The notes under the pieces were generated by a model that was not told the origin of the DNA, did no database searches, and saw only the letters and a list, made by a program, of their open reading frames with translations. This document shows positions 1 to 11,571 of a stretch of 64,000 bases of DNA, one piece after another. The translations under genes were made by a program, and so were the position numbers. Each line of letters opens with the position of its first letter. The stretch's first letter is position 1. The stretch is from Sandaracinaceae bacterium (GTDB lineage Bacteria; Myxococcota_A; Polyangia; Polyangiales; Sandaracinaceae), in NCBI GenBank assembly GCA_044220955.1, contig JBGAQA010000021.1:22783-86782 (forward strand). The letters are read 5' to 3'.

Positions 1-495
1 GACGAAGCCACCATCCAGAAGCGCGTGAAGGAGCTCGGCGCACGGATCACCCAGGCGCACCAGGGCCGGGAGCTCGTGATGGTCCCGGTGCTGAAGGGCA
101 GCCTCGTGTTTGGCGCGGATCTCATCCGCCAGATCGATCTGCCGCTCTCCATCGACTTCCTCGGGTGCCGGAGCTACGGCGACGGGACGGAGACCAGCGG
201 CGTGGTGCAGATCACCTACGACCTGACCAAGCCCATCGAGGGCAAGGACGTGATCATCGTCGAGGACATCGTCGACACCGGGCTCACGATGTCCTACCTG
301 CTGAAGAACCTCGCGACGCGGAGGCCTCGCTCGCTCGAGCTCTGCTCGCTCCTGCACAAGCCAGCGCGAACGCGCGTCGAGGTGCCCATCGATCACCTCG
401 GCTTCACGATCGAGGACGTCTTCGTGGTCGGCTACGGCCTGGACTACGGAGAGAAGCACCGAAACCTGCCGTACCTGGGCGTCCTCGAGCAGTAG
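1..495 (+). CDS. hpt: Hypoxanthine phosphoribosyltransferase, 5'-truncated by the window edge
   Basis: Open frame from base 1 ([13 protein letters not shown]); motifs [17 protein letters not shown] (PRPP binding) and FVVGYGLD. Confidence 0.95.
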   Translation, partial: DEATIQKRVKELGARITQAHQGRELVMVPVLKGSLVFGADLIRQIDLPLSIDFLGCRSYGDGTETSGVVQITYDLTKPIEGKDVIIVEDIVDTGLTMSYLLKNLATRRPRSLELCSLLHKPARTRVEVPIDHLGFTIEDVFVVGYGLDYGEKHRNLPYLGVLEQ

Positions 496-502
496 GAGAC
501 CG

Positions 503-807
503 ATGTCGAAACGGCTGCAAGTGATCGAGGCGATCATCGCCAAGGGCTCGCGCGATCCCTTCCACTTCTACGCGCGCGCGATGGAGCTGCGCTCCGCCGG
601 CCGCAAGGACGAGGCGCTCGCGGCGCTCGAGCAGGTCACGAGCGAGCACCCGGCGTACGTCCCGACGTACCTCATGGCGGCGCAGCTCGCGCAGGAGCTG
701 GGGCGCGGCGACGACGCGCGGCGGCTCGCCGATCTGGGGATCGCGACGGCTCGATCGGCGGGTGACGACCATGCCCTCTCGGAGCTCTCCACCCTGCGAG
801 GCACGCT

Positions 808-811
<4 letters not shown>
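503..811 (+). CDS. Small TPR-repeat protein
   Basis: SD AGGAG upstream; TPR-like pattern DPFHFYARAMEL...DEAL...PAYVPTYLMAAQL. Confidence 0.75.
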
Positions 812-2535
<1,724 letters not shown>

Positions 2536-2565
2536 GCGAGCGCCGGATCTCGAGCCCGGAGCCGG

Positions 2566-3780
2566 CTACTCGCCCCCGAGGCCGAAGCCGTCGTGGAGCG
2601 CGCGGACGGCGAGCTCGCCGTACTTGCTCGCGATGAGGCAGGAGACCTTGATCTCGCTGGTGCTCACGGCGTCGATGGTGATGCCCTCGTCGGCGAGCAG
2701 GCGGAACATCTTCGCGGCGACGCCGGCGTGCGAGCGCATGCCGAGGCCGACGATCGAGACCTTCACCACGTCCTGGCGTGCGGTCACGTCGGCGGCGCCC
2801 GAGACCTGCAGCCTGGCGATGGTCTGTGCGCGCTCGAGCTCGCCCTTCGGCACGGTGAACGTGAGATCCGTGGCGCCGTCGACGGATGGGTTCTGGATGA
2901 TCATGTCGACCGACACGCGCGCCTCGGCGAGCGCCGAGAAGAGCGCCGCGACGCCGCGCGTGCTCTGGGGCATGCGGCGCACGGTCACCTGCGCCTCGTT
3001 CTTGTCGCTCGTCACGCCCGCGACGACCACGCTCTCGAGGGATTCGTCTTCGCCCACGACCCACGTCCCTTCCACGTCCGAGAAGCTCGAGCGCACGTGC
3101 ACCGGCACGGCGTACTTCATCGCGAGCTCCACGGACCGAATCTGGAGCACCTTCGCGCCGAGCGACGCGAGCTCGAGCATCTCTTCGTAGCTGATGCGCG
3201 AGACCTTGCGCGCGTTCTTCACGATGTTCGGATCGGCGGTGTAGACGCCGTCGACGTCCGTGTAGATCTCGCAGACGACGCCCTGGCCGAGCGCCGCGGC
3301 GATGGCGACGGCGCTCGTATCGGAGCCGCCGCGACCGAGCGTGGTGACGTTGCCCTCGTCGTCGACGCCCTGGAAGCCCGCGACGATCGCGACCTTGCCT
3401 TCCTTGATGGTGTCGAGCAGGCGGTCGGCGTCGATGCCGCGGATCCGCGCCTTGGTGAACGCGCTGTCGGTGCGCAGGTGCACCTGGTGCGCGAGGAAGG
3501 AGCGCGCCGGGACGTCGAGCGCGTTGAGCGCGATCGCGAGCAGCGCGACCGAGACCTGCTCGCCCGTGGCGACGAGCGCGTCGAGCTCCCGCGGGTCGGG
3601 CGTCTTGGTCAGCTCGGCGCCCAGCGCGAGCAGCCGGTTCGTCTCCCCCGCCATCGCGCTCGCGACCACGACGACGTCGTGGCCCTCCGCGCGCGTGCGC
3701 GCGACGCGCCTGGCCACGCTGCGGATGCGCTCGATCGAGCCGACGCTGGTCCCGCCGAACTTCTGGACGATGAGGGTCAC
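2566..3780 (-). CDS. lysC: Aspartate kinase (AKII type, two ACT domains)
   Basis: GTG start gives MTLIVQKFGGTSV; TTLGRGGSDTSA, DVDGVYTADP, STSEIKVS. Confidence 0.95.
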   Translation of the reverse strand: MTLIVQKFGGTSVGSIERIRSVARRVARTRAEGHDVVVVASAMAGETNRLLALGAELTKTPDPRELDALVATGEQVSVALLAIALNALDVPARSFLAHQVHLRTDSAFTKARIRGIDADRLLDTIKEGKVAIVAGFQGVDDEGNVTTLGRGGSDTSAVAIAAALGQGVVCEIYTDVDGVYTADPNIVKNARKVSRISYEEMLELASLGAKVLQIRSVELAMKYAVPVHVRSSFSDVEGTWVVGEDESLESVVVAGVTSDKNEAQVTVRRMPQSTRGVAALFSALAEARVSVDMIIQNPSVDGATDLTFTVPKGELERAQTIARLQVSGAADVTARQDVVKVSIVGLGMRSHAGVAAKMFRLLADEGITIDAVSTSEIKVSCLIASKYGELAVRALHDGFGLGGE

Positions 3781-3790
3781 GGCGCGCGGG

Positions 3791-3818
3791 ATGGTACGGG
3801 AGCGCCGCGCTGCGTCAA
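3791..3818 (-). promoter_or_regulatory. Sigma70-type promoter of lysC
   Basis: Minus strand TTGACG-N16-TACCAT, 10 nt before the GTG. Confidence 0.55.
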
Positions 3819-3848
3819 TGGCGCGCCGCATCGGCTACACTGCCGGCC

Positions 3849-4319
3849 GTGCGGCTCGTCCTGCTCGCCCTCGGTCTCACCGCTTGCTTCGGCCCCAACG
3901 GGCCCGGGTGTCCGGCGACGGACTGCGCGTGCAACGCCACCGGCTGCGCGTGCCCGAGCGGCCGCACGTGCGGCTGGAGCGCCGTGAACGGGTGCAGCGC
4001 CGCGTCGGCAGGATGCCACCTCGGGTGCACGAGCGCCGCGTGCAACGCGAGCTGCGGGTCGACCTGCGAGGCGACCTGCACCGACGGGTCGAGCTGCGAC
4101 GTGATCGCCACGAGCGGAGCCAACATGGTCTGCCGCGGCTCGAGCTGTCTGCTCAGCGTCGGTAGCGGCGGCACCGTGAGCTGCAGCGGGAGCGCGACCT
4201 GCAACGTCACCTGCACCGGCTCGCCCTGCAGCGTCACGTGCGACGACACCTCGAGCTGCACGCTCCGGTGTGGCGCGGCGGCGCCGACCACGGTGCGCGG
4301 CGCCGACACCTGCAGCTGA
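3849..4319 (+). CDS. Cys-rich lipoprotein
   Basis: Lipobox LTAC; 25 Cys in 156 aa in repeated CxxxC units; TACACT 7 nt upstream of the GTG. Confidence 0.75.
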   Translation: MRLVLLALGLTACFGPNGPGCPATDCACNATGCACPSGRTCGWSAVNGCSAASAGCHLGCTSAACNASCGSTCEATCTDGSSCDVIATSGANMVCRGSSCLLSVGSGGTVSCSGSATCNVTCTGSPCSVTCDDTSSCTLRCGAAAPTTVRGADTCS

Positions 4320-4340
4320 GCGCGCGCGTCGTGCGCGCGT

Positions 4341-4826
4341 CTACTCGATCGAGACGTCCTCGCTCGGAGGCGCCTCGCCGCTCTCGGGAGGGACCTCGGC
4401 CGCGCCGTCGTCGTCGCTCGCCGGCGGCTCGGCGGGCCGCGAGACGTGGACGCGTGGCGGCAGCCCGAAGTCCTCGCGCAGCTTGCGGCCGAGCCTCGTG
4501 AGCACGTGCTGCTCGACGTAGGTCGGCATCGACGGGATGTGCACGGTCACGCGCACGCGCTCGGTGCCGTGCTCGTCCGTCGTGCGCACGAGCTCCACGC
4601 TGCCGCCGTACGTGTGGCCGGCCGTGCCGGGGTAGTCGAACATCACGAAGCCGATCGCGTCGTCGCGGTCGGTGATCTGGCAGCCGAGGTCCACGCGCAA
4701 GAGGCGGATGGTCGTCTGCCACAGCTGCTCGTAGCGGTAGGTGTACTCGGTGCTCGCGCGGGCGGCCGCCTGCGTGGCCGGGAGCGAGACGAGCACGAGA
4801 ACCAGAGCCGCGAGCCAGGTGCGCAT
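4341..4826 (-). CDS. Secreted hypothetical protein
   Basis: MRTWLAALVLVLVSLPATQA signal peptide; globular-looking body and acidic/Pro tail; real start lies inside the longer ORF-track call. Confidence 0.7.
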   Translation of the reverse strand: MRTWLAALVLVLVSLPATQAAARASTEYTYRYEQLWQTTIRLLRVDLGCQITDRDDAIGFVMFDYPGTAGHTYGGSVELVRTTDEHGTERVRVTVHIPSMPTYVEQHVLTRLGRKLREDFGLPPRVHVSRPAEPPASDDDGAAEVPPESGEAPPSEDVSIE

Positions 4827-4921
4827 GCCCGGACCGTCCGCCCGCCCCGCCGGCCGGCGCAAGTTTTCGGTCGGCAATTCTGCGGCCCGCGCGCCTCTCC
4901 GGGCCTCCCGCCTCGGTCGCC

Positions 4922-5998
4922 TCAGGCCATCTCGGCCGCGGCCTGGACGTCGGCCCGCACGAGATCCGCGAAGGAGAGCCTCATGATGTAGAGGGGCACG
5001 ACCCCTGCGACGCAGAGCAGCAGGGCCTGCGTGGAGTAGAGCAGGAACACGTAGACGGAGCCGGCGCCGCCCACGATCTCCTCGGCGAGGTACAGCCGCA
5101 GCCCGGTCAGCACGGCGAGCTGGAAGTTGCCGAACATCCCGGGCCCGGCCGGCAAGAGCACGCCGATCGCGAGGATGCCCATCAGCGCCGCTGCGTGGCC
5201 GAACGTCAGGTCGAGCCCGCACGCGCGCGCCAGGACCCACATGCCCGTGGCGTTCAGGCCCCAGTACACGAGCGACTCGCTCAGGAACCCGAAGGCGAGC
5301 CGCGGGCGCGCGATCGACCGGATGCCGTCGGCGATGCCCATCACCTTCTCGCTCAGGCGCTCGGCGAGCGACTTCGAGACGATGCCGAACGTCCAGCGCA
5401 CGAGCTTCTTCGCGATCTCGCGCTGCCAGAGGAAGAGGACGAGGCCGCAGAAGGCCGCGCCGAAGGCGGTGACGGCGAGCCAGCCGTAGTAGGGCAGGCT
5501 CCGCGCGATCGGGTCGTCGGTCTCGAGCTGCGGCAGGAACGCGAGGCCCCACACCACGCAGAGGCTCGTCAACAGGCCGTCGAACACCCGCTCGAGCGCC
5601 ACGGTCCCGAAGCCGACCGAGAGCGGGATGCCGAGGCGCATCTTCGAGACGGCGGGACGCGCGAGCTCGCCGATCCGCAGCGGGAGCACGAAGATCGCGA
5701 AGAACCCGACCCAGTTGATCAGCACGCCCTGCCAGAACGGCACGTCGGCCTTCACCGGCGCGACGAGGAAGCGCCACCGGGTCGCCCGGACGAAGTGCAT
5801 CGAGAGCAGCACGAGGGCGTAGACGCCGAGCCACCGCGGATCCACGGCGCGCAGCTCCGCCATCGTGGGGATGAGCGGCACGCCGCCCCGCGCGATGAGC
5901 CAAGCGAAGATCCCGCCGAGCACGAGCGAGAGCAGCAGGCGCGGAAGTAGCTTCCGGAAGGTGCTCTCTTCGGGGGTGTTGCCGGGACCGGTCGCCAT
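4922..5998 (-). CDS. Lysylphosphatidylglycerol synthase TM / flippase-like (UPF0104) membrane protein
   Basis: Multi-TM; RATRWRFL, LPLRIGELAR, ERVFD, PAGPGMFGNF. Confidence 0.85.
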   Translation of the reverse strand: MATGPGNTPEESTFRKLLPRLLLSLVLGGIFAWLIARGGVPLIPTMAELRAVDPRWLGVYALVLLSMHFVRATRWRFLVAPVKADVPFWQGVLINWVGFFAIFVLPLRIGELARPAVSKMRLGIPLSVGFGTVALERVFDGLLTSLCVVWGLAFLPQLETDDPIARSLPYYGWLAVTAFGAAFCGLVLFLWQREIAKKLVRWTFGIVSKSLAERLSEKVMGIADGIRSIARPRLAFGFLSESLVYWGLNATGMWVLARACGLDLTFGHAAALMGILAIGVLLPAGPGMFGNFQLAVLTGLRLYLAEEIVGGAGSVYVFLLYSTQALLLCVAGVVPLYIMRLSFADLVRADVQAAAEMA

Positions 5999-6050
5999 GC
6001 TGCTCGGAAGCTCGGGAAAAAAGCGCCCCAGCGATAGCAGCGGGGGGACG

Positions 6051-6785
6051 TCAGCGCACGCGCCCCGCCCCGGACGCGTGGCGCGCGCCGGGCGGAACGA
6101 CGTGACGGGCGACGAGGTCGACGACGCGGGGATCGAAGAGCGCCTCGTTGTGCCCGAGGTCGTCGTAGCGGTGGACCTCGGCCGCCTCGATGGCGCCGGC
6201 GCTGTCGGGCGGCGAGATCATGCGATCCCGACCCGCGATGACCGCGACGTGGGCGACCTGCGCCGCACGGCCCCGCCCTTCCCGCAGCCGCTCGAGCGTC
6301 GCGCTGCCGGGGCGCAGCGCGGCCCCCAGCGAGCCGGGCGCGAAGCGGGCGTGCTCGGTTCCGGCGTGCGGGCTGGCGATGGTGATCAGCCGGTCCACCG
6401 GGCCGCCGACGTCGACGGCCCCGCCCAGCTCCTGCAAGTACCAGCGCGCCAGCAGCCCGCCGAGCGAGTGCCCGACGAGCGTGAGCGGCCGACCGTGCGC
6501 GGCGAGCTTCGCGAGCGCCGCGACGCGCGCTGCGACCTGCTCGAACGACTCGAGCGGCCCGTAGGTGAGCCCGACCGTCTCGACGGCGGCCCTCGACTCG
6601 ACGTGGGCGCGCATCGGGTCGAACACCGGACCGCCGGCCATGAAGCCGTGGACGAACACGACGGCGCGCTCGGCGCCGGCAGGGGCCGTCGTGCGCTTCG
6701 GGAAGGCCATGAGCTTGCCCTGGCGGACGACGGCGACGGCCTCGCGGCCCAGCTCGGACGTTCGACGAAGGAGTCGCTGAACCAT
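6051..6785 (-). CDS. Alpha/beta hydrolase (lipase/esterase)
   Basis: VFVHG, GHSLGG nucleophile elbow, TIASPHAGT, D and GH catalytic residues. Confidence 0.88.
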   Translation of the reverse strand: MVQRLLRRTSELGREAVAVVRQGKLMAFPKRTTAPAGAERAVVFVHGFMAGGPVFDPMRAHVESRAAVETVGLTYGPLESFEQVAARVAALAKLAAHGRPLTLVGHSLGGLLARWYLQELGGAVDVGGPVDRLITIASPHAGTEHARFAPGSLGAALRPGSATLERLREGRGRAAQVAHVAVIAGRDRMISPPDSAGAIEAAEVHRYDDLGHNEALFDPRVVDLVARHVVPPGARHASGAGRVR

Positions 6786-6802
6786 CGCGGACGATCCTAG
6801 CG

Positions 6803-7891
6803 CTACCCGAACCGGGGCGCCCAGCGCTCGGCTTGATACCAGCGCAGGACCTGCCGCCAGCCCTCCTGGAAGCGCGGGAAGCGCGGCGTCCAGCCGAGCG
6901 CGCGGAGCTTCGTCGCGTCGACGAGCAGATCGTCGTAGAGCAGCGTGAGCGCCTCGCGGTCGACCCGCGCTCGCAGCGCGGGCTTGAGCCCGTGGCGAAG
7001 CACCACGAGTCGCCAGGCCGACAGGATCGCCGTGTCGAGCCCTCGGAATGCACCCGGCGACTGGAAGAACTGCCCCAGGCGGTCGAGCACCGGCCGCGGC
7101 AGCTCGCCTGCGGGGACGGTCGGCAGCCCGTACGCGCGGAACGTCTCGGTCACGCGGTCGCCGAGGGTGAGCGGATCTTCATCGGACACGTTGAGGATCG
7201 CGTCGTGCGCCTCGGGCTTCTTGAGCACGAAGACGAGCGCGCGCGCGACGTCCTCGGCGTGGACGAACGTCTGCACCGGCCCGCCCGCGGTGCGCGGCAG
7301 CACGGGGCTCACGAGCTTGATCGCCGGCCCCGGCACGAGCAGCGCCGCCGCGAAGTGCCGTCCGCGACGACCGTAGAGGGGCGCTGCGCGCAGGATGGTC
7401 CACGGCGGGCCTTTTCCGCGCCGCTCCTCGAGCAGGACCTCGGCGTCCCGCTTGCTCCGAGAGTGCGGTCCGCGAGGCAGGATGCGGGCATCCTCGGCGA
7501 GCGGTCCCTTCTGCCCCACGCCGTACACCATCGCGCTCGACACGTGCACGAAGCGCTTGCCCCCGGCGCGCGCGTGGGCGTCGTAGAGCGTCCCGACCGC
7601 CTCCGTGTTCACGGCCGCGATCGTCTCGTAGGGCGTGCCGACGTCGAGCATCGCCGCGGTGTGGATCACGTGGTCTGCGCCCTTGACGACGCGCTCGACG
7701 AAGCTCTTGTCGCGCAGATCGCCCGCGCGGATTTCGCCGCGCACCGGGGCCTGCACGCCCTTGGCCGTGATGTCGCTCGCGACGACGCGGAAGCCCGCCG
7801 CCTCGGCGAGCCCGACGACGTAGTTGCCGACGGTCCCGGCGGCGCCGGTGACGAGGACGGTCTCCATCGATCCCTGGGGCACGTCGCTCAT
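6803..7891 (-). CDS. NAD-dependent epimerase/dehydratase (extended SDR)
   Basis: VLVTGAAGTVG, VIHTAA, VHVSSAMVYG, FVHAEDVARA; catalytic YxxxK reads HSRSK; start uncertain. Confidence 0.85.
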   Translation of the reverse strand: MSDVPQGSMETVLVTGAAGTVGNYVVGLAEAAGFRVVASDITAKGVQAPVRGEIRAGDLRDKSFVERVVKGADHVIHTAAMLDVGTPYETIAAVNTEAVGTLYDAHARAGGKRFVHVSSAMVYGVGQKGPLAEDARILPRGPHSRSKRDAEVLLEERRGKGPPWTILRAAPLYGRRGRHFAAALLVPGPAIKLVSPVLPRTAGGPVQTFVHAEDVARALVFVLKKPEAHDAILNVSDEDPLTLGDRVTETFRAYGLPTVPAGELPRPVLDRLGQFFQSPGAFRGLDTAILSAWRLVVLRHGLKPALRARVDREALTLLYDDLLVDATKLRALGWTPRFPRFQEGWRQVLRWYQAERWAPRFG

Positions 7892-7938
7892 GTACCACCG
7901 AGGACGGTCGCGTGGGTACTTGACGACAGGACCGCCGC

Positions 7939-8553
7939 TCAGCCGACCGGAGCGCTGGCCCCCGCCCCGCCTCGGGAGGCCCGCGCGAGGAAGTTCCTCA
8001 TCATCGCGTGCCCGTGCTCGGTGAGGAACGACTCCGGATGGAACTGCACGCCTTCGACGTCGAGCGTCCGGTGCCGGAGCCCCATCAGCTCGCCCGTGCT
8101 CGCCCACGCGGTCGGCGAAAGCTCGGCTGGCAGCGTGGCGGGATCGATCACGAGCGAGTGGTAGCGCGCAGCGACGAAGGGCGAGGGCACGCCGGCGAAC
8201 ACGCCTTCCCCGTCGTGGCGGATCTCGGAGGTGCGCCCGTGCATGAGACGGGGCGCCCGCACGATCCTGGCGCCGTAGAGCGCGCCGATGGCCTGGTGAC
8301 CGAGGCACACGCCGAGGACCGGCACGCGCCCCGCCAGCGCGCGGATGGCATCGAGCGTGATCCCGGCGTCGTCCGGCCGGCCCGGCCCGGGCGAGACCAG
8401 CAAGGCATCGGGGGACGCTCGGGCGATCCCGTCGAGGTCGATCGCGTCGCTGCGCCTCACCAGCACGTCCGCGCCGAGCTCGAGGAGGTACTGGACGAGG
8501 TTGAACGTGAACGAGTCGTGGTTGTCGACGACCAGGACGCGCGGCGCGCTCAC
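7939..8553 (-). CDS. Anthranilate/aminodeoxychorismate synthase component II (TrpG/PabA glutamine amidotransferase)
   Basis: DNHDSFTFNL, SPGPG, GVCLGHQ, RYHSL, QFHPES. Confidence 0.93.
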   Translation of the reverse strand: MSAPRVLVVDNHDSFTFNLVQYLLELGADVLVRRSDAIDLDGIARASPDALLVSPGPGRPDDAGITLDAIRALAGRVPVLGVCLGHQAIGALYGARIVRAPRLMHGRTSEIRHDGEGVFAGVPSPFVAARYHSLVIDPATLPAELSPTAWASTGELMGLRHRTLDVEGVQFHPESFLTEHGHAMMRNFLARASRGGAGASAPVG

Positions 8554-9320
8554 GGCGGGACGATCCCGTGGTGGTCCTCGTGGTCTTGCGGCAGCTCGGG
8601 CTCGTCGGGCCCGCGCGGCGTCGGCGGAGCGGGCGGCGGAGGCTCGAGGGGGTCTTCGCGCGCGTCGATCGGGTCGGCGCCGTGCGGGTCGGGCTCGTCG
8701 GGGGGGGTCACGGTGTCGTCGCCCTCCCCGCTCGCAGGCGGCGCCAGGGGCGGCAGTCCCTCGAGCGCACCGCCGCGGTCCCCCGGCGCGCCGGACGTGT
8801 CGAGCGGCCGGATGACGGCGAGCTCGGCCATGAACTCGGCGAGGTCGTGCTCCGCCTCCCCTGCTTCGTGCAGGGCATCGAGGAGCGCCTCGTCGTCGTG
8901 ACCGATCCCTCGCGCGAGCGCGTCGCGCCAGTGTCCGAGCGCGGTGAGGCGCGCCCGCAAGAGCCGGATGGCGCGCGTCTTCAGCGTCTGTCCCCGCGAG
9001 GTCGCCAGGGGCAGTGCCTGGAGGGTCTCGATGTGCCGCCGGACGGCGGGAATCGCCGCGTCGTCGAGCAGATCGGCCGCGAGCACGGGCCGCTGCCGCG
9101 CGACCGCGTCGTCGACCTCGTCCAGCACCAGCTGCGCGGGATCTTCGGTCAGGGCGGCCTGCAGCAGGGCCACGTCCTGCCGCTCGTCCCGCGGCGCGGG
9201 CGTCTCGCTGGGCTCGCACTCGCACGCGCCGAGGCCGCACGCCACGACCAGCGTCATGGCCATCGACGCGAGCGGGAAGGCGCGCCGCTCGAGGGTCCTC
9301 GCGTCGGCTCGCGCGCTCAT
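8550..9320 (-). CDS. Hypothetical lipoprotein, helical with Pro/acidic tail
   Basis: 4-nt overlaps with both neighbours; hydrophobic stretch ending LGAC. Confidence 0.6.
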   Translation of the reverse strand: MSARADARTLERRAFPLASMAMTLVVACGLGACECEPSETPAPRDERQDVALLQAALTEDPAQLVLDEVDDAVARQRPVLAADLLDDAAIPAVRRHIETLQALPLATSRGQTLKTRAIRLLRARLTALGHWRDALARGIGHDDEALLDALHEAGEAEHDLAEFMAELAVIRPLDTSGAPGDRGGALEGLPPLAPPASGEGDDTVTPPDEPDPHGADPIDAREDPLEPPPPAPPTPRGPDEPELPQDHEDHHGIVPP

Positions 9321-10222
9321 CCGCGGGGCCTCCCCGGGTAGCCGCGGCCGTCGAAGAAGCGCGCCACGCGGTGGTTGATCACGTCGGGGTACTCGACCGC
9401 GAGGTAGTGCGTGCCGCCAGGGACCACCAGCAGCTCCGCCCCCCTCACCGCGTCGACGAGGCTCTGGGCCGTCGAGCGTGGCGTCATGAGGTCGTTCGCG
9501 CCCGCGATCATCAGCAGAGGGACGTCGATCGCCCTCAGGACGTCGTGCGCGTCGTGCGCGCCGAGCTGCTCGAGGGTGCGCGCGTAGATCTCCATGTCGA
9601 GGCCGACGAACGAGCCGGCGATCTCGCGGAACAGCCCCTCGTCGAGCGTCTGGCCGGCGATGCCGAGCGCCTTGGCGAGCCGCGGCATGTGCTCCCATCG
9701 CACCACCCGCGCCGTCACCCGCGAGATGGCGTCGGGAGCGCGCTGCGCGGCGCGCAGGATCGAGGGCGCCAGCCGTCCGACCCGCGGGGAGTCGCCCAGC
9801 GTCCGGAACGGCGAGCCCGCGACGCCGTTGATCAGCACCAGGGCGGCGATGCGATCGGGGGCGCGACGGAAGAGCTCGAGCGCCACCTGGACGCCCATCG
9901 ACCACCCGAGCACGGCCGTCCGTTCGATCTTCTCCTCGTCCAAGATCGCGAGCGCATCGCGTGCCTGGGCGGGCACGTCGAGCGCGTTGCGATCGGGCGG
10001 GGCTTTGCTCGCGTAGAGCCCCCGGTAGTCCCAGGAGAGGAATCGGTACCGATCCTGGAAGAACCCGATCTGGTGCGTCCAGGCGCGCCAGCTGCCTCCG
10101 AGGCCGTTGGCGAGCAGGATCGGCGCACCCTCGCCGACGAGGTGATAGGCGAGATCGGTCCCATCGAACGACGTGATGCGCCGCTCCTCGACCTGGATCT
10201 CCGGCGCGCCCTGCTCCGCCAT
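9317..10222 (-). CDS. Alpha/beta hydrolase
   Basis: DGTDLAY, NGLGG, WDYRG, GWSMG, GANDLMTP, GGTH. Confidence 0.88.
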   Translation of the reverse strand: MAEQGAPEIQVEERRITSFDGTDLAYHLVGEGAPILLANGLGGSWRAWTHQIGFFQDRYRFLSWDYRGLYASKAPPDRNALDVPAQARDALAILDEEKIERTAVLGWSMGVQVALELFRRAPDRIAALVLINGVAGSPFRTLGDSPRVGRLAPSILRAAQRAPDAISRVTARVVRWEHMPRLAKALGIAGQTLDEGLFREIAGSFVGLDMEIYARTLEQLGAHDAHDVLRAIDVPLLMIAGANDLMTPRSTAQSLVDAVRGAELLVVPGGTHYLAVEYPDVINHRVARFFDGRGYPGRPRG

Positions 10223-10301
10223 GCGGGCGCGACTGTAGCGAAGGTGAGGCCCCGCGGCACGGAGGCTTGACCATCCCTTTCGCGCGCGCGAGGACGCTCG
10301 G

Positions 10302-11537
10302 ATGCGGCACGCCTGGCTCGTCTTGGTCCTCGTCGGGTGCGCCAGCCGCGCGGCGTGTCCTGCCGGGGAGCTCGCCGCGCCGGCGCGCGCGCCTGCGTTC
10401 TTGCTCCTTCGCTCGGATCGCACGTCGAGCGCCCTGGCGCTGCTCGATGCCGATGGTGCGCCGATCGTCACCGACTGGCTCGACTCGGGGACGCGCGTCT
10501 CGACGCTGGTGACCAGCCTGGCGGGCGATCCGGCGCTGCCCTCGTCCCCGCTCGGCACCGGAGCGATCGCGTGGATCGATCGCTCCCCCGTGGACGTCCT
10601 CAGCGTCTGGGTCGGGGACGAAGTCGCACAGGTCGACCTGCGAGCGGAGGCCCCGGGGGCGCGGACCGGGTTCAGCGCGAACCCCTACGATGCGCTCGCG
10701 CTGACCGACGGCCGCGTGCTCGTCTCGCGCTTCGGCGTCAACCCGGACGGCAGCGCCGGCCCGCTGCAGCGGGGCAACGACGTGGTCGTGGTGGAACACG
10801 GCGCGGTGACCCGGAGCATCGGGCTCGGCGCCGATGGCCTGATCGATCCGTGCACGGGGGAGTGCACGGCGTACGCGCACCCGGGTCCTCTCGTCCCCCT
10901 CGGACCCCGGACGGTGCTCGTCGTGCTCGATCGATTCGACCGGCGCTTCGAGCGCGCGGGCGACGGGGGCGTGCTCGGGATCGATCGCGAGACCCTCATT
11001 CCCTCGGCCGCCGTCTCCCTCGCCCCGCTCCAGAACTGCCGCGCGGCATCGGTCGACCCGGACGACCCGGCGCGCGCGTACGTGCTCTGCGCGGGATCGT
11101 TCATGCTCCCACCCGAGGGGAGACGTCCGAGCGCCGGCATCGCGGAGATCACGGTCGATGCAGCGGGCTCGATCACCGTCGCTGCGCGCTGGCAGGCGCC
11201 GGACGGCGTCCCGGTCGTCGGCACCGGGCTGATCGCGCTCGGCGGCGGTCGCGTCCTCGCGGTCGCGAACGAGGGCACGGTCGCGAGCGCGGACCCCCCG
11301 GACCACCTCCTCGAAGTCGACGTGGTCGCCGGGACGGTGCGCGACGTGTACGCGTCGCGCGGCGGCTTCGTCCTCGGTGACGGCGCGCTCGCCGGTGACG
11401 TCGCCCTGATCCCGGACGCCGAGCGCGGGGGCGTCATGCGCGTCGAGGTGAGCGGACCGGCCGTCGCGCGCGAGCTGATCGTCATCGACGACTGCGCGGG
11501 CCTGCCCCCGCGTCAGCTGCGCCCGCTTCGGTTCTGA
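10302..11537 (+). CDS. Hypothetical lipoprotein, probably beta-propeller-like
   Basis: Lipobox LVGC; beta-rich repeats such as SANPYDAL and VLVSR. Confidence 0.65.
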   Translation: MRHAWLVLVLVGCASRAACPAGELAAPARAPAFLLLRSDRTSSALALLDADGAPIVTDWLDSGTRVSTLVTSLAGDPALPSSPLGTGAIAWIDRSPVDVLSVWVGDEVAQVDLRAEAPGARTGFSANPYDALALTDGRVLVSRFGVNPDGSAGPLQRGNDVVVVEHGAVTRSIGLGADGLIDPCTGECTAYAHPGPLVPLGPRTVLVVLDRFDRRFERAGDGGVLGIDRETLIPSAAVSLAPLQNCRAASVDPDDPARAYVLCAGSFMLPPEGRRPSAGIAEITVDAAGSITVAARWQAPDGVPVVGTGLIALGGGRVLAVANEGTVASADPPDHLLEVDVVAGTVRDVYASRGGFVLGDGALAGDVALIPDAERGGVMRVEVSGPAVARELIVIDDCAGLPPRQLRPLRF

Positions 11538-11571
11538 TCCCGTCGCCCCTCTTGCTCCGCGGTCGGAGTCG

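Noticed and set aside
3781..3848. Lysine riboswitch upstream of lysC
   Set aside because: Only 68 nt, occupied by divergent promoters; too short for the aptamer
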